A stretch of DNA of 64,000 bases from Bacteroidia bacterium (GCA_965249955.1 OZ252261.1:1202074-1266073); one strand, 5' to 3'; positions 1-10,271 are shown, numbered from the stretch's first letter. Notes: generated by a model not told the origin, from the sequence alone. Numbers and translations: made by a program.

Positions 1-1510
1 AGCCTCCAGAAAATCATCCATATTTCAAAAACAAATATCGCCCTATACCTACGCCACCTTTCAAGAAAAGCTATACAAGTTTACAGGCTTTTTTATAGAA
101 GTACGCACCGATAGAAAATACAACACCACCAGTATGGCACACGTACTGGGCAATATTGGTGAGGTTTCAGAAAAACGTATCGAACAATCGAACGGATATT
201 ACAGGCAGGGCGAATATGTGGGGCTAACAGGTATTGAACGCTCGTACGAAGAATTGCTAAGAGGCACTAAAGGCGTACGCAATTTGATGGTAGATGTTTG
301 GGGGCGAGAAATTGGCCCCTATAACAGAGGCTTGTTTGATACTGCAGCCATTAGCGGCATAAATATAAATGTAACCCTTGATGCTGATTTGCAAGCATTG
401 GGCGAGTTGCTGATGAAAAACAAAATAGGCAGCTTGGTAGCCATTGAACCTTCTACGGGAGAGATATTGGCTTTGGTAAGCAGCCCCGGCTACGACCCCA
501 ATATGTTTGTGGGCAGAGAACGGGGCAATAATTACATGAAGTTGCTGAAAGACCCTTTGCGGCCGCTTTTCAATCGCCCGTTAAATGCGCCTTACCCACC
601 GGGTTCGGTATTTAAAATTATAGAATCGCTCATCGGTCAGCAAGAAGGCGTACTAACGGCTGACACCCGCTACCATTGCGGGGGCGGCTATCGTGTGGGC
701 AATCACATTGTAAAATGCAGTCACCACCACTATTCGCCACTAGATTTACGAGGAGGAATAGAGCAAAGTTGCAACCCCTATTTTTGCCAAGTATTCCGTT
801 CAATATTAGATCAAAAGAAATTTAAAAACATTGACGAGGCATACGAAAATTGGTACAAACACATGCAGTCATTTGGTGTTGGTACTCAGTTAGGTATTGA
901 TTTGTATGGCGAATCGAAAGGGATACTTTATCCGCATACATATTTCGATAAGCTGTATGGCAAAAATGCTTGGCGCAGCACCAATGTTATATCGCTATCT
1001 ATTGGGCAAGGCGAGGTAGGTATTACCCCGCTGCAAATGGCAAATATTGTAGCCATAGTTGCCAACAGAGGCTTTTTCTTCACTCCACATATATTAAAAA
1101 CCATCACCGATGGCAAACCATTGCCTGCCGAATACACAACAAAACGCTACACAACTGTTGATACACAGTATTTTGAAGTAGTGGTAGAAGGCATGGCGCG
1201 CGTGGTAAACAACGGTACTGCCCGTGTGGCACAAATAGATAGTATACAAGTGTGCGGCAAAACAGGTACTGCACAAAACCCGCATGGCGACGACCACTCG
1301 GTATTTTTTGGTTTTGCGCCCATGCACAAACCCAAAATAGCTATTGCCGTTTTGGTTGAAAATGGCGGATACGGCTCACGTTGGGCTGCACCCATTGCCA
1401 GCCTTATGATGGAGTATTATATTAAAGGGCATATACCTGCAAAAAGAGAATACTTGAAACAACGAATGATTGAGGGAGACTTGATAAGCAAACTAAATGG
1501 CCAAAGATGA
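1..1510 (+). CDS. mrdA: Penicillin-binding protein 2, 5'-truncated by the window edge
   Basis: Frame is open from position 2 (ASRKSSIFQKQ...RTDRKYNTTSMAHVLG). Transpeptidase motifs GSVFK (SxxK), SCN (SxN) and GKTGTAQ (KTG). Overlaps rodA. Confidence 0.95.
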   Translation, partial: ASRKSSIFQKQISPYTYATFQEKLYKFTGFFIEVRTDRKYNTTSMAHVLGNIGEVSEKRIEQSNGYYRQGEYVGLTGIERSYEELLRGTKGVRNLMVDVWGREIGPYNRGLFDTAAISGININVTLDADLQALGELLMKNKIGSLVAIEPSTGEILALVSSPGYDPNMFVGRERGNNYMKLLKDPLRPLFNRPLNAPYPPGSVFKIIESLIGQQEGVLTADTRYHCGGGYRVGNHIVKCSHHHYSPLDLRGGIEQSCNPYFCQVFRSILDQKKFKNIDEAYENWYKHMQSFGVGTQLGIDLYGESKGILYPHTYFDKLYGKNAWRSTNVISLSIGQGEVGITPLQMANIVAIVANRGFFFTPHILKTITDGKPLPAEYTTKRYTTVDTQYFEVVVEGMARVVNNGTARVAQIDSIQVCGKTGTAQNPHGDDHSVFFGFAPMHKPKIAIAVLVENGGYGSRWAAPIASLMMEYYIKGHIPAKREYLKQRMIEGDLISKLNGQR

Positions 1511-2783
1511 GCAACTGATAAAAACCTCGACTTTTGATTGGCTTACCATACTAATATATATATTAATGGTAGGCTGGGGATGGCTTGCCATATACTCTGC
1601 CGATTATAGTGTAGAAAGCCCAAGTATTTTTTCGCTCGACCAAAGCTATGGCCGCCAACTAATATGGATTGTTGCCGCTTTTGTGGTGGCTTTGGTGATA
1701 TTATTGCTCGACCATAGAATATACCCTGCCTTTGGCTATGCAATATACGGCATAGTAATGCTGGCACTCGTCTCCGTATTTTTTTTAGTAACAAAACGTA
1801 CAGGGGGTGCGCTTTCGTGGTTCGAGATTGGTTCGTTCAAATTTCAACCTTCAGAGTTTGCCAAATTTGCTACTGCACTTGCACTTGCAAAGTTTCTTAG
1901 CGGGTATGGTATTAGCTTTAAAGATAAGAAAACACGCCTAATCAGCTTTGGTATTTTTGCACTACCCATGATGCTAATTTTGCTGCAAAACGATACGGGT
2001 AGCGCAATGGTATTTGGCGCATTTGTATTGGTATTGTACCGCGAAGGTTTATCAGGTTTTTGGCTGTTTGTGGGAGTGTATGTGGGCATACTTTTTTTAC
2101 TATCAATATTGGTAGAAAAAATTGTGCTAATACCCATACTTACCAGTGTTGCCCTTATGCTTTTCTTATTTCTACGTTCAAACAAAAGCATGGTAGTGGT
2201 GTTGGCAATCTTTTATACCATATCAATAGGCCTAATTTTTAGTGTCGATTATGTATACTACAGTGTAATAAAAGAGCATCAACGCCAGCGTATAGAAGTA
2301 ATGCTTGGGCGTATAGATGATAAGCAAGATATTGGCTACAACGTATACCAAAGCAAGGTAGCCATTGGCTCGGGGGGTGTATATGGCAAAGGATTTTTGC
2401 AGGGCACGCAAACCCGCTTGCGCTACGTACCCGAGCAAAATACCGACTTTATTTTTTGTACCATTGGCGAAGAATACGGCTTTATAGGCTCAATGGGTTT
2501 GGTAATACTTTACGTGTGCCTGCTGATACGGCTAACACAAATAGCTGAACGACAGCGAAGCCGCTTTAACCGTGTATATGCCTATTGTGTAGCCTCTATT
2601 CTGTTTTTGCACTTTGCCATAAACATTAGTATGACTATTGGGCTTTTCCCCGTTGTGGGTATACCGTTGCCGTTTTTTAGCTACGGAGGTTCATCACTGC
2701 TTAGTTTCACCATTATGCTGTTTATCTTACTTCGTTTAGATTCTAACAGAGGAAACGAGATTAAGCGCGCTTTTGAAATTTAG
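1497..2783 (+). CDS. rodA: Rod shape-determining protein RodA (SEDS family)
   Basis: Multi-TM protein with FQPSEFAK, QNDTGSA, PEQNTDFIF and GIPLPFFSYGGSS motifs; directly after mrdA. Confidence 0.95.
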   Translation: MAKDEQLIKTSTFDWLTILIYILMVGWGWLAIYSADYSVESPSIFSLDQSYGRQLIWIVAAFVVALVILLLDHRIYPAFGYAIYGIVMLALVSVFFLVTKRTGGALSWFEIGSFKFQPSEFAKFATALALAKFLSGYGISFKDKKTRLISFGIFALPMMLILLQNDTGSAMVFGAFVLVLYREGLSGFWLFVGVYVGILFLLSILVEKIVLIPILTSVALMLFLFLRSNKSMVVVLAIFYTISIGLIFSVDYVYYSVIKEHQRQRIEVMLGRIDDKQDIGYNVYQSKVAIGSGGVYGKGFLQGTQTRLRYVPEQNTDFIFCTIGEEYGFIGSMGLVILYVCLLIRLTQIAERQRSRFNRVYAYCVASILFLHFAINISMTIGLFPVVGIPLPFFSYGGSSLLSFTIMLFILLRLDSNRGNEIKRAFEI

Positions 2784-2850
2784 GTTTAGTTACCTTACCT
2801 ATAAACACAGCAAACTACATTTACCAAACAGCCCATAACTTACAAATAGT

Positions 2851-2858
2851 TACCTTTG
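2851..2858 (+). promoter_or_regulatory. Bacteroidetes -7 promoter box (TACCTTTG) for the aldehyde dehydrogenase
   Basis: Matches TAnnTTTG, 8 nt before ATG 2867. Confidence 0.55.
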
Positions 2859-2866
2859 CACCTGCC

Positions 2867-4309
2867 ATGATAAAAATTGCTAACTACATTAACGGTGAGA
2901 TGATTGCACCCCAAAGCGGTGCTTATATAGATAATTACGAGCCTGCAACAGGATTGGTATACAGCCATTGCCCTGATAGTGACGAGACCGATGTGCAAGC
3001 TGCTGTTGAGGCGGCACAAGCTGCTTTTGAGGGATGGGCAAATATGCCTATTACTGAGCGAAGTAAGATACTGTTGCGCCTATCGCAACTAATGGAAGAC
3101 AATTTGGATAAACTGGCCGAGGCCGAAAGTCAAGACCAAGGCAAGCCTGTATGGCTAGCACAAAAAGGAGAAATACCTCGCGCAATGCAAAACATCCATT
3201 TTTTTGCTACTGCTATTGAGCATTTTGCCAGCGAAGCACATCCTATGACTGATTTTGCGCTAAACTATACCCTACGCACCCCTATTGGTGTGGTGGGCTG
3301 CATTAGCCCTTGGAATTTGCCTTTGTATCTATTTACATGGAAAATAGCCCCTGCGCTTGCCGCAGGAAATTGCGTAATAGCAAAACCATCAGAAATTACA
3401 CCTATGACGGCCTACTTGTTTGGTAAACTGTGCGCTGAGGCGGGCTTGCCCAAAGGAGTGCTAAACATTATACACGGGCTTGGCCCTAAAGTAGGCAGTG
3501 CTATTGTGGCGCATCCTGCTATTACTACAATATCGTTTACAGGCGGAACGGCTACAGGCAAACATATTGCAAGTGTTGCCGCGCCAATGTTTAAAAAACT
3601 TTCGCTTGAATTGGGTGGTAAAAACCCCAATATAATTTTTGACGATTGCGATTTTGATAAGGCTGTGAAAACCTCGGTGCTTTCATCGTTCCAAAACCAA
3701 GGCGAGATATGTTTGTGTGGCTCGCGCATTTTTGTGCAACGCGGCATATACAATAAGTTTAAAGATGCCTTTGTAGCTAAAGTTAAAGAACTTAAAGTGG
3801 GCGACCCTATGGAGGAAAAAACCAAAGTAGGTGCAATAGCCTCACAAGCACATTTTGAAAAAGTGATGGGCTATATTTCTTTGGCTAAAGAAGAAGGCGG
3901 TACTGTACTTACAGGTGGCGAACGTGTGCAGGTTGAAGGACGCTGCAAAGACGGTTGGTTTATAGCCCCAACAGTAATTGAGGGTTTAAGCTACAATTGC
4001 CGCACCAACCAAGAAGAAATTTTTGGCCCTGTGGTTACTATTATGCCTTTTGACACTGAGGAGGAAGTTTTGCAATATGCTAACAGTACTACTTATGGAC
4101 TTGCCGGTACTGTGTGGACGGAAAACCTTACCAAAGCCCACCGTGTGGCTGCAAAACTTAAAAGCGGTATTGTTTGGGTAAACTGCTGGTTGCTGCGCGA
4201 CCTTCGTACGCCTTTTGGGGGTATGAAACAAAGTGGTGTAGGCCGTGAAGGCGGTTGGGAAGCCCTGCGCTTTTTTACCGAGCCAAAAAATGTGTGCATT
4301 AAACTGTAA
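2867..4309 (+). CDS. Aldehyde dehydrogenase, probably 2-aminomuconate/2-hydroxymuconate semialdehyde dehydrogenase type (ALDH8-like)
   Basis: PWNLP, KPSE, FTGG, LELGGKNP, NQGEICLC (catalytic Cys), EEIFGPV, RDLRTPFGGMKQSG. Confidence 0.9.
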   Translation: MIKIANYINGEMIAPQSGAYIDNYEPATGLVYSHCPDSDETDVQAAVEAAQAAFEGWANMPITERSKILLRLSQLMEDNLDKLAEAESQDQGKPVWLAQKGEIPRAMQNIHFFATAIEHFASEAHPMTDFALNYTLRTPIGVVGCISPWNLPLYLFTWKIAPALAAGNCVIAKPSEITPMTAYLFGKLCAEAGLPKGVLNIIHGLGPKVGSAIVAHPAITTISFTGGTATGKHIASVAAPMFKKLSLELGGKNPNIIFDDCDFDKAVKTSVLSSFQNQGEICLCGSRIFVQRGIYNKFKDAFVAKVKELKVGDPMEEKTKVGAIASQAHFEKVMGYISLAKEEGGTVLTGGERVQVEGRCKDGWFIAPTVIEGLSYNCRTNQEEIFGPVVTIMPFDTEEEVLQYANSTTYGLAGTVWTENLTKAHRVAAKLKSGIVWVNCWLLRDLRTPFGGMKQSGVGREGGWEALRFFTEPKNVCIKL

Positions 4310-4311
4310 AC

Positions 4312-4346
4312 CAGTTTTAAGTTTATAGTCGCCTGTTTTAAGTCTC
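4312..4346. repeat. Degenerate heptamer tandem repeat
   Basis: cagtttt-aagttta-tagtcgc-ctgtttt-aagtctc, between the ALDH stop and the HEPN-like gene. Confidence 0.45.
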
Positions 4347-4368
4347 CAAACTTTTATCATTTTGGTTT

Positions 4369-4962
4369 ATGGAATATGTAAATGCTTTGCACGAAGAAAT
4401 TTCAGCAGTTTGGAAGATTTTTACCACTGCACAAGAAAGTTTTTTGTTTGCTAAATACTTTTCTGAGAAACAAAACTCCAAAGACTCATCTCCCTTTAAA
4501 TCACAAAATTTCAGATATATCAAAAGGGTAATGTTTAAAGATACTGTAATTGAATTATTTAAAATTTACAGCAAAGGTGATGGAACGAGTATAGAAAAGA
4601 TAAAAACTAAGATTGTAAAAAATCTGTATAACATAGAAATTGATAGTGCAGTTTTCAAGGAAATTTCTACTCAGATTAAAAGCAACCAAGCTATTATTGA
4701 GAGAATTAAGGCAAATAGAAAATATAGATTTGCACATCATGAGAAGGAAAAAGAAGTAGACCCGCTTTCTTTAAATGAAATTGAACAGCTATTAGAATCA
4801 ACCAAGAAAATAATTTTAACTACTTATCACTTATGCTTTGATAGCCAAACAGAATTTAGACCATTATACTTTGATGCCCGTCATTTCAATAAAATTGAAA
4901 CCCTCTATAAAAATGATATTGAAAGTAGTTTACCCTACCTTACTTCTAAAAGCAGCAAATAA
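4369..4962 (+). CDS. Hypothetical protein, putative HEPN (AbiU2-like) domain
   Basis: AT-rich ORF with a VIELFKIY helix and an RKYRFAH (Rx5H) motif in the C-terminal half. Confidence 0.55.
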   Translation: MEYVNALHEEISAVWKIFTTAQESFLFAKYFSEKQNSKDSSPFKSQNFRYIKRVMFKDTVIELFKIYSKGDGTSIEKIKTKIVKNLYNIEIDSAVFKEISTQIKSNQAIIERIKANRKYRFAHHEKEKEVDPLSLNEIEQLLESTKKIILTTYHLCFDSQTEFRPLYFDARHFNKIETLYKNDIESSLPYLTSKSSK

Positions 4963-5029
4963 CTACGTACCTAAACCCATTTTATACTAAAAGCAACAAA
5001 GGCTTAAAACAACTTAAGCTTTTGATGCT

Positions 5030-5037
5030 TACATTTG
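5030..5037 (+). promoter_or_regulatory. Bacteroidetes -7 promoter box (TACATTTG)
   Basis: TAnnTTTG, 10 nt before ATG 5048. Confidence 0.55.
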
Positions 5038-5047
5038 TACGCAAATC

Positions 5048-6043
5048 ATGAAAGCTATTATTCCCGTAGCAGGCATTGGAACACGCCTTAGGCCACACAC
5101 ACATACACAGCCTAAATCGCTTATACCCGTTGCAGGTAAGCCTATCATTGCTCATATTGTCGACAATTTGCAACAGGCAGGTATTACTGAGTTTATTTTT
5201 ATAATCGGTTATTTGGGCGATAAGATAGAAAGCTACATTACTACCAATTACCCTAACAATACCAATCACTTTGTTATACAAACCAGTGGCAAGGGCATTG
5301 CCCATGCTATATGGTTGGCCAAAGACCTTGTTGAAAATGACGACGAGGTTTTTATTGTACTGGGAGACACGATATTTTATACCGATTTACAAAAGGTATT
5401 TCAAGGCGGACAATCTTCGTTGGGCATTAAAAAGGTTGACGACCCACGTTCTTTTGGCGTAGCACAGGTTGATGATGACGGCACTATAAAAAGTGTGGTA
5501 GAGAAACCAACTATACCAAAATCGAACCTTGCTTTAATAGGTGCATACTACATAAAAGATGGAGGGAAGTTTAAGGAAGCATTGGATTTTATTATTGATA
5601 ATAATGTAAAAACCAATAATGAGTTTTACTTGACGGATGCTCTTAACCACATGATTGAAAACGGCTATACTTTTAACACTTTTGATGTTGATAGCTGGTT
5701 TGATTGCGGCAAGAAGGATATTTTGATTGAAACAAATGCTACGCTGCTAAAACGCCTCAATATTCAGCCAAACAATATAAAAGGGCACGAGAATACTATA
5801 ATTATCCCTCCTGTATACATTGCACCCGGCTGTAAAATACGTAACTCTATTATTGGCCCTGATGTTTCTATTGGCGATAATGCTATAATAGATTATTCTA
5901 TAATCCGCCACTCAATAATAGGGCCTTATGCACACCTTGAGTTTGCTATACTTGAAGACTCTTTGATTGGCAATGATGCTATGCTAAAAGGAATGGTGCA
6001 AAGCCTTAATTTGGGCGATAGTACTGAGATTAACTTTCAGTAA
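5048..6043 (+). CDS. Sugar-phosphate nucleotidyltransferase (long-form glucose-1-phosphate thymidylyltransferase-like)
   Basis: AGIGTRLRPHT..PK nucleotidyltransferase motif, VEKP, WFDCG, C-terminal left-handed beta-helix repeats (NSIIGPDVSIG). Confidence 0.9.
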   Translation: MKAIIPVAGIGTRLRPHTHTQPKSLIPVAGKPIIAHIVDNLQQAGITEFIFIIGYLGDKIESYITTNYPNNTNHFVIQTSGKGIAHAIWLAKDLVENDDEVFIVLGDTIFYTDLQKVFQGGQSSLGIKKVDDPRSFGVAQVDDDGTIKSVVEKPTIPKSNLALIGAYYIKDGGKFKEALDFIIDNNVKTNNEFYLTDALNHMIENGYTFNTFDVDSWFDCGKKDILIETNATLLKRLNIQPNNIKGHENTIIIPPVYIAPGCKIRNSIIGPDVSIGDNAIIDYSIIRHSIIGPYAHLEFAILEDSLIGNDAMLKGMVQSLNLGDSTEINFQ

Positions 6044-6141
6044 TACTTACCCCTCTTCTTCCTTTTTTTTGAGCAATTTATTGGTATGCTTTAAAGTTGA
6101 CTAAGGTTTACGGTGTATCAAAAAAAAACTTTTGACTTCTG

Positions 6142-6188
6142 AGCGGACGCTCTATTGTTTTCGGTACGAGTGGACACGCGCGCCTGCT
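6142..6188. repeat. Degenerate REP-like short palindromes
   Basis: GAGCggacGCTC followed by ggtacgagtggacacgcgcgcc; GC-rich hairpins in an AT-rich spacer. Confidence 0.35.
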
Positions 6189-6388
6189 TAATCTGTGTAA
6201 AAAAATCTAACGTATTGTTTAGCGCATGGATTCCATTTTCGCGGTAATAATCTCCCCTATATACTCAGCACACAACACCTCCCAGCGATAAAACAGTCCA
6301 AAAAACCCTTTAACAAGCTTCCACAGCGATTATTTCACTACCAACTACAATACTACCCGCCTAATAACTAAAGAGCTGTTACAACCAT

Positions 6389-6421
6389 AAAAAAGCCCTC
6401 TCAACAATGTCGAGAGGGCTT
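6389..6421 (-). terminator. Intrinsic terminator of gene A
   Basis: AAGCCCTCTC-loop-GAGAGGGCTT preceded by an A-run on + (U-tail on -). Confidence 0.85.
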
Positions 6422-6452
6422 ATATAGTAAATAGTAATGGTTAGGTTAAATT

Positions 6453-9400
6453 TTATTTAACAAGGTTATACTTAAAGCTAGCTTTACCGTTGCTAGTTTC
6501 AACTTGTATAAAGTAGATACCTGCTGCTTGGCCGGTAATGTTAATATTCATCATGTTGTTGTTTATAGTACCTAAGTCCATATCAGCAACTTTTTGTCCA
6601 AGGTTGTTAAGCACAGTAACAGATTTAATATCTTCTGTATTAATACCGTCAAACTCAATTGCAAATGCACCACTACCCGGGTTAGGATACATTTTTACAT
6701 TGTTGTTTAAGCTATTTTCAGAAACACCTAATCTGTTTACACTCACTTTATCAGTGTTAGTACCTATACATCCTTTATCAGTTTCAACAACTAAACGTAC
6801 AGTATACAAACCATCAACAGGGTATTTGTAAGTTACACTTTTAGCTGAATCAGAACCACCATCACCAAACAACCACCTGTATTTAGTACCTACTGCATTA
6901 GTAGTGAAGCTAAATCCACCGTCGAAACTAAGTTGAGAAGCTATGATAATATCAGCTACAGGCAACGGATTTACTTCTACTGTTTTAGTAACTGTTGAAG
7001 TACATCCTGTTGAAGATGTAGTAACAAGCACTATTGTTTTAGTACCTGCTGTGTTGTAAGTAACGGCAGGATTAGAAACTGTAGAAGTGCTACCGTTCAA
7101 ATCCCAATCGTAAGTAAGGGTTGAAGCATCAGCTATGCTAGAGTTGTTTGTAAATTTGGTTTCTGAACCCAAGCAAACATCGCTTGCTACAAAATCAGCA
7201 CTAGGTTTAAGGTTAACAACAATATTGTTTGTTATTGTTGATTCGCAACCGTTGGTACTGCGTGCTGTTGTAGTTATAGTTTTGCTACCGGGGCCTGCAT
7301 ATTGGTGTGTTGGGCTATCGTCGGTTGATGAGTTAGCATCACCAAAATTCCACTCGTAGCTATTTGCACCAGCTGCACCTACAGGTGTAGTTGAAGTATT
7401 AGTAAAGGTTAAAGTTTCGCCATGGCAAAGTGAACCACCTATGTTATAACTAACTGCGGGAGACTCTAATAATGTGATTGATTTAGTAATAGAATCGGCA
7501 CAACCTAAATCTGTGCGAGATACTAAAACAACATTATACACTTTAAAGCTATTGTATGTGTGTGATACATTTACACTGTTTACAACCGTACTATCACCCA
7601 GTTTCCACTCATAACCTGCACTACCAAACGCAGGGGCAGTAGTGGTATTGGTAAAGGCTACATTTTTGTTATCGCATTGTAAAGCGGTATTAGTAAAGTT
7701 AGGCACACTACGAGGTGCTTGTGTAACATATTTAGTTGTAGTAGCTGCGCAACCGTTTACATCAACTGTATACCTTACAGGGTATATACCCGGTTGAGCA
7801 TAAAGGTGTGAGGTAGTTGCTCCCATGCCTGTATTGTTATCACCAAAATCCCATGAATAAGTGGTGGTACCGGCAGGCAATGTAGAACCATCTACTAACC
7901 TTATTGCTGTTCCTTCGCAAGCGTTAGTAAAATCAAAGTTAGGCTTAGGAATTTCTTTTACTTTAACTGAGTTAGTTGCCGATGAGGTATATCCTTTATC
8001 AGAAGTAACTACAACACTAACAGTATACGTACCCGGTGCACCATATACGTGTGCAGGGTTAGCTAAATCACTTGTTTTTCCGTCACCAAAATCCCAAGCA
8101 TAAGTCATAGTACCTGCTTGCAGATAACTTGTATTAATCATTTCGGTAACATCGCCTTGGCAAACTTCGGTGTGGTTGAAACGTGCTATCGGACGAGGCG
8201 CGATGTATATGTATTTTTTAATTACAGTATCGCAATTGTTATCTAACCTGCGAACGTTTAAGGTTACACCAACAATACTATCGTTAAGTGTTGTATCAGT
8301 ATGCAGTCTAAATTCACCACCACGTAATGAAGTAGGAGCTATAAAGCTATACATACTTGAAGGCACTGTATAACCGTTTGTAGTTTCAACAATTATTGAT
8401 GATACGTTCCAAGTTTTACTTCCACCAGTGCCATAATCAGCATTGTTAAATCCTGTTGGAGTTACTAGATCGTACTTAATTGAGTCTGGTGCAGCATTAA
8501 CATCAGGAGATATAATTGTACCACCGTTAAATGTTCCTTTAGAACCTGATTTAGCATTCAAAGTTGTTCCTTTTGCTACATCGTTTATAGTAGCAGTAAC
8601 AGGTACAAGTGCACTTAAACAAGCTGGTTCTTTGTAGTGTAAAATACCGTTCCATCCCCTAGGGTTAAATGTACCTGCAAACAAACCTGATACTCCAACA
8701 CCTGCATTAACAGTTATATCAGCATTTGAATAAGTTGTTGGGCTACCCAATGTAGTATAAGTAAGTGTTGTTTGGGGGCCAGAAATAATAGTGATATAGA
8801 AACCGTAAGTTACACCTGATGCAAGCTCAAGGTCATTAATATTAAATTTCACCGGGCCTGCACTACCGCTGGCAGTTACTGTATAATCTCCATGGTTAGT
8901 CCAAGCACCGGCAGTGGTAGCAAAACCATTGTATGTGCCTGTTTTGTAATATATCCTCATGGTATAAGTACCTGCAGTGGGAGTAAATTCGTAAAACGAA
9001 ATAGAATCAAGAATAATATTCTTGTTTGCAATTATATCTACCATAGCACCTTGCTGCCCGTTACCACCCACAGTGGTTGTTAAAAACGATTTTGGAGTTG
9101 TATTACCCCTTGCTGCTGCAGCATAAAATGTAGTAGTAGAAGATATGTTTGGCGTATTAAATTTTCTTGTATTTGCAAGTGCCAATCCTGTTGGAGGATT
9201 ATTAGCATACCAAACTATTGAATCGCTAGAAAGAGTGGTTGTAGCACTAAGTGGAACTGAACCTGCACCGCAAATAGCTCCGGGTGTAACCGTTGGTGCC
9301 GTTGGTGTTCCAATAATGTTAATACCAAAGTTTATAGTATCGTTTGAAGCATTGTTATCACCTGTAAGCGCTGTAAATGCTTTTACAGTAAGAGAACCAC

Positions 9401-10193
9401 CACCAGTGGTATTAACACCTGACACAGTAACTTGTGCTGTGCCTGAAGCGGGTATAGAAGCTATTGTAGCATTTCTGGTAGCTGTGCCAATACCACCAAT
9501 TTGAACTGTGATAGGCACGTTAGTTACAGCAAAGCCACTATTGTTTCTTACAGTAATTTTAACACTATCGTTACTGGCTCCGCAAGGAGTTTTTGGTGCA
9601 TCAACTGATAGCGGCTGAACATCAACAACGTAGTATACTTGTACGTTGTCTACAATCCAGAACCACGACCAGTCTCCTTGCCAACGGAAACGAACTTTTA
9701 TGCCCGTTTTATTAGCAGCTAGTGTAGTTATGTTGATGGTTTGGGTGTTGGGATTACTTGTTGTTGTAGAATTGTTATTGTAAACAGTATTCCAAGTTGT
9801 ACCATCCCATACTTGCACCATGGCAGTACCACCAAAACCACTTTGGAAATATTGATCCCATTTAAGTGTAACGCCTGCATAGCCGGTAGTGTTAAAAGCG
9901 GGGCTTTCTAGGGTTACATCTTCAAAACCACCACCAGCTGAGTAGTTATCACTATCAAAAATAGCAGCTGGGGATGAAATTGGTGAGTTTAGTGCTCGCG
10001 CACCAGGATTGTTAAATCTCCACTTATCAAAAGACACATCGCCTGAAAGAGTGTTGTTAGTCCACCCTGTGGGCGGTGTTGAACCTGTGGTTCCATTAAA
10101 ATTCTCGTTGAGAAAGTAGAATTGTGCTTTGGTGCTTATTCCAGTAAGCAGAATAGCCGCAAGCAATAAAAGTTTAGTAAACGTTTTAGTCAT
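6453..10193 (-). CDS. Gene A: T9SS-secreted surface protein. MAM/cleaved-adhesin-like head, CARDB-like Ig, Ig with inserted beta-sandwich, shared stalk domain, 6 PKD, CTD
   Basis: Likely start ATG 10193 (MTKTFTKLLLLAAILL signal peptide) rather than the TTG at 10235. WDFGDG PKD repeats; C-terminal MYPNP...GIYFIQV...YNLVK. Confidence 0.9.
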   Translation of the reverse strand: MTKTFTKLLLLAAILLTGISTKAQFYFLNENFNGTTGSTPPTGWTNNTLSGDVSFDKWRFNNPGARALNSPISSPAAIFDSDNYSAGGGFEDVTLESPAFNTTGYAGVTLKWDQYFQSGFGGTAMVQVWDGTTWNTVYNNNSTTTSNPNTQTINITTLAANKTGIKVRFRWQGDWSWFWIVDNVQVYYVVDVQPLSVDAPKTPCGASNDSVKITVRNNSGFAVTNVPITVQIGGIGTATRNATIASIPASGTAQVTVSGVNTTGGGSLTVKAFTALTGDNNASNDTINFGINIIGTPTAPTVTPGAICGAGSVPLSATTTLSSDSIVWYANNPPTGLALANTRKFNTPNISSTTTFYAAAARGNTTPKSFLTTTVGGNGQQGAMVDIIANKNIILDSISFYEFTPTAGTYTMRIYYKTGTYNGFATTAGAWTNHGDYTVTASGSAGPVKFNINDLELASGVTYGFYITIISGPQTTLTYTTLGSPTTYSNADITVNAGVGVSGLFAGTFNPRGWNGILHYKEPACLSALVPVTATINDVAKGTTLNAKSGSKGTFNGGTIISPDVNAAPDSIKYDLVTPTGFNNADYGTGGSKTWNVSSIIVETTNGYTVPSSMYSFIAPTSLRGGEFRLHTDTTLNDSIVGVTLNVRRLDNNCDTVIKKYIYIAPRPIARFNHTEVCQGDVTEMINTSYLQAGTMTYAWDFGDGKTSDLANPAHVYGAPGTYTVSVVVTSDKGYTSSATNSVKVKEIPKPNFDFTNACEGTAIRLVDGSTLPAGTTTYSWDFGDNNTGMGATTSHLYAQPGIYPVRYTVDVNGCAATTTKYVTQAPRSVPNFTNTALQCDNKNVAFTNTTTAPAFGSAGYEWKLGDSTVVNSVNVSHTYNSFKVYNVVLVSRTDLGCADSITKSITLLESPAVSYNIGGSLCHGETLTFTNTSTTPVGAAGANSYEWNFGDANSSTDDSPTHQYAGPGSKTITTTARSTNGCESTITNNIVVNLKPSADFVASDVCLGSETKFTNNSSIADASTLTYDWDLNGSTSTVSNPAVTYNTAGTKTIVLVTTSSTGCTSTVTKTVEVNPLPVADIIIASQLSFDGGFSFTTNAVGTKYRWLFGDGGSDSAKSVTYKYPVDGLYTVRLVVETDKGCIGTNTDKVSVNRLGVSENSLNNNVKMYPNPGSGAFAIEFDGINTEDIKSVTVLNNLGQKVADMDLGTINNNMMNINITGQAAGIYFIQVETSNGKASFKYNLVK

Positions 10194-10232
10194 ATTAGTA
10201 GGTTTGAATGTTATTACGAGATAAGGTAATAA

Positions 10233-10240
10233 CAAAGTTA
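10233..10240 (-). promoter_or_regulatory. -7 promoter box (TAACTTTG) of gene A
   Basis: TAnnTTTG on - strand, with a TTG about 22 nt further upstream. Confidence 0.5.
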
Positions 10241-10271
10241 AACGAAACTAATCTGATAATTGCAAGTTTTT

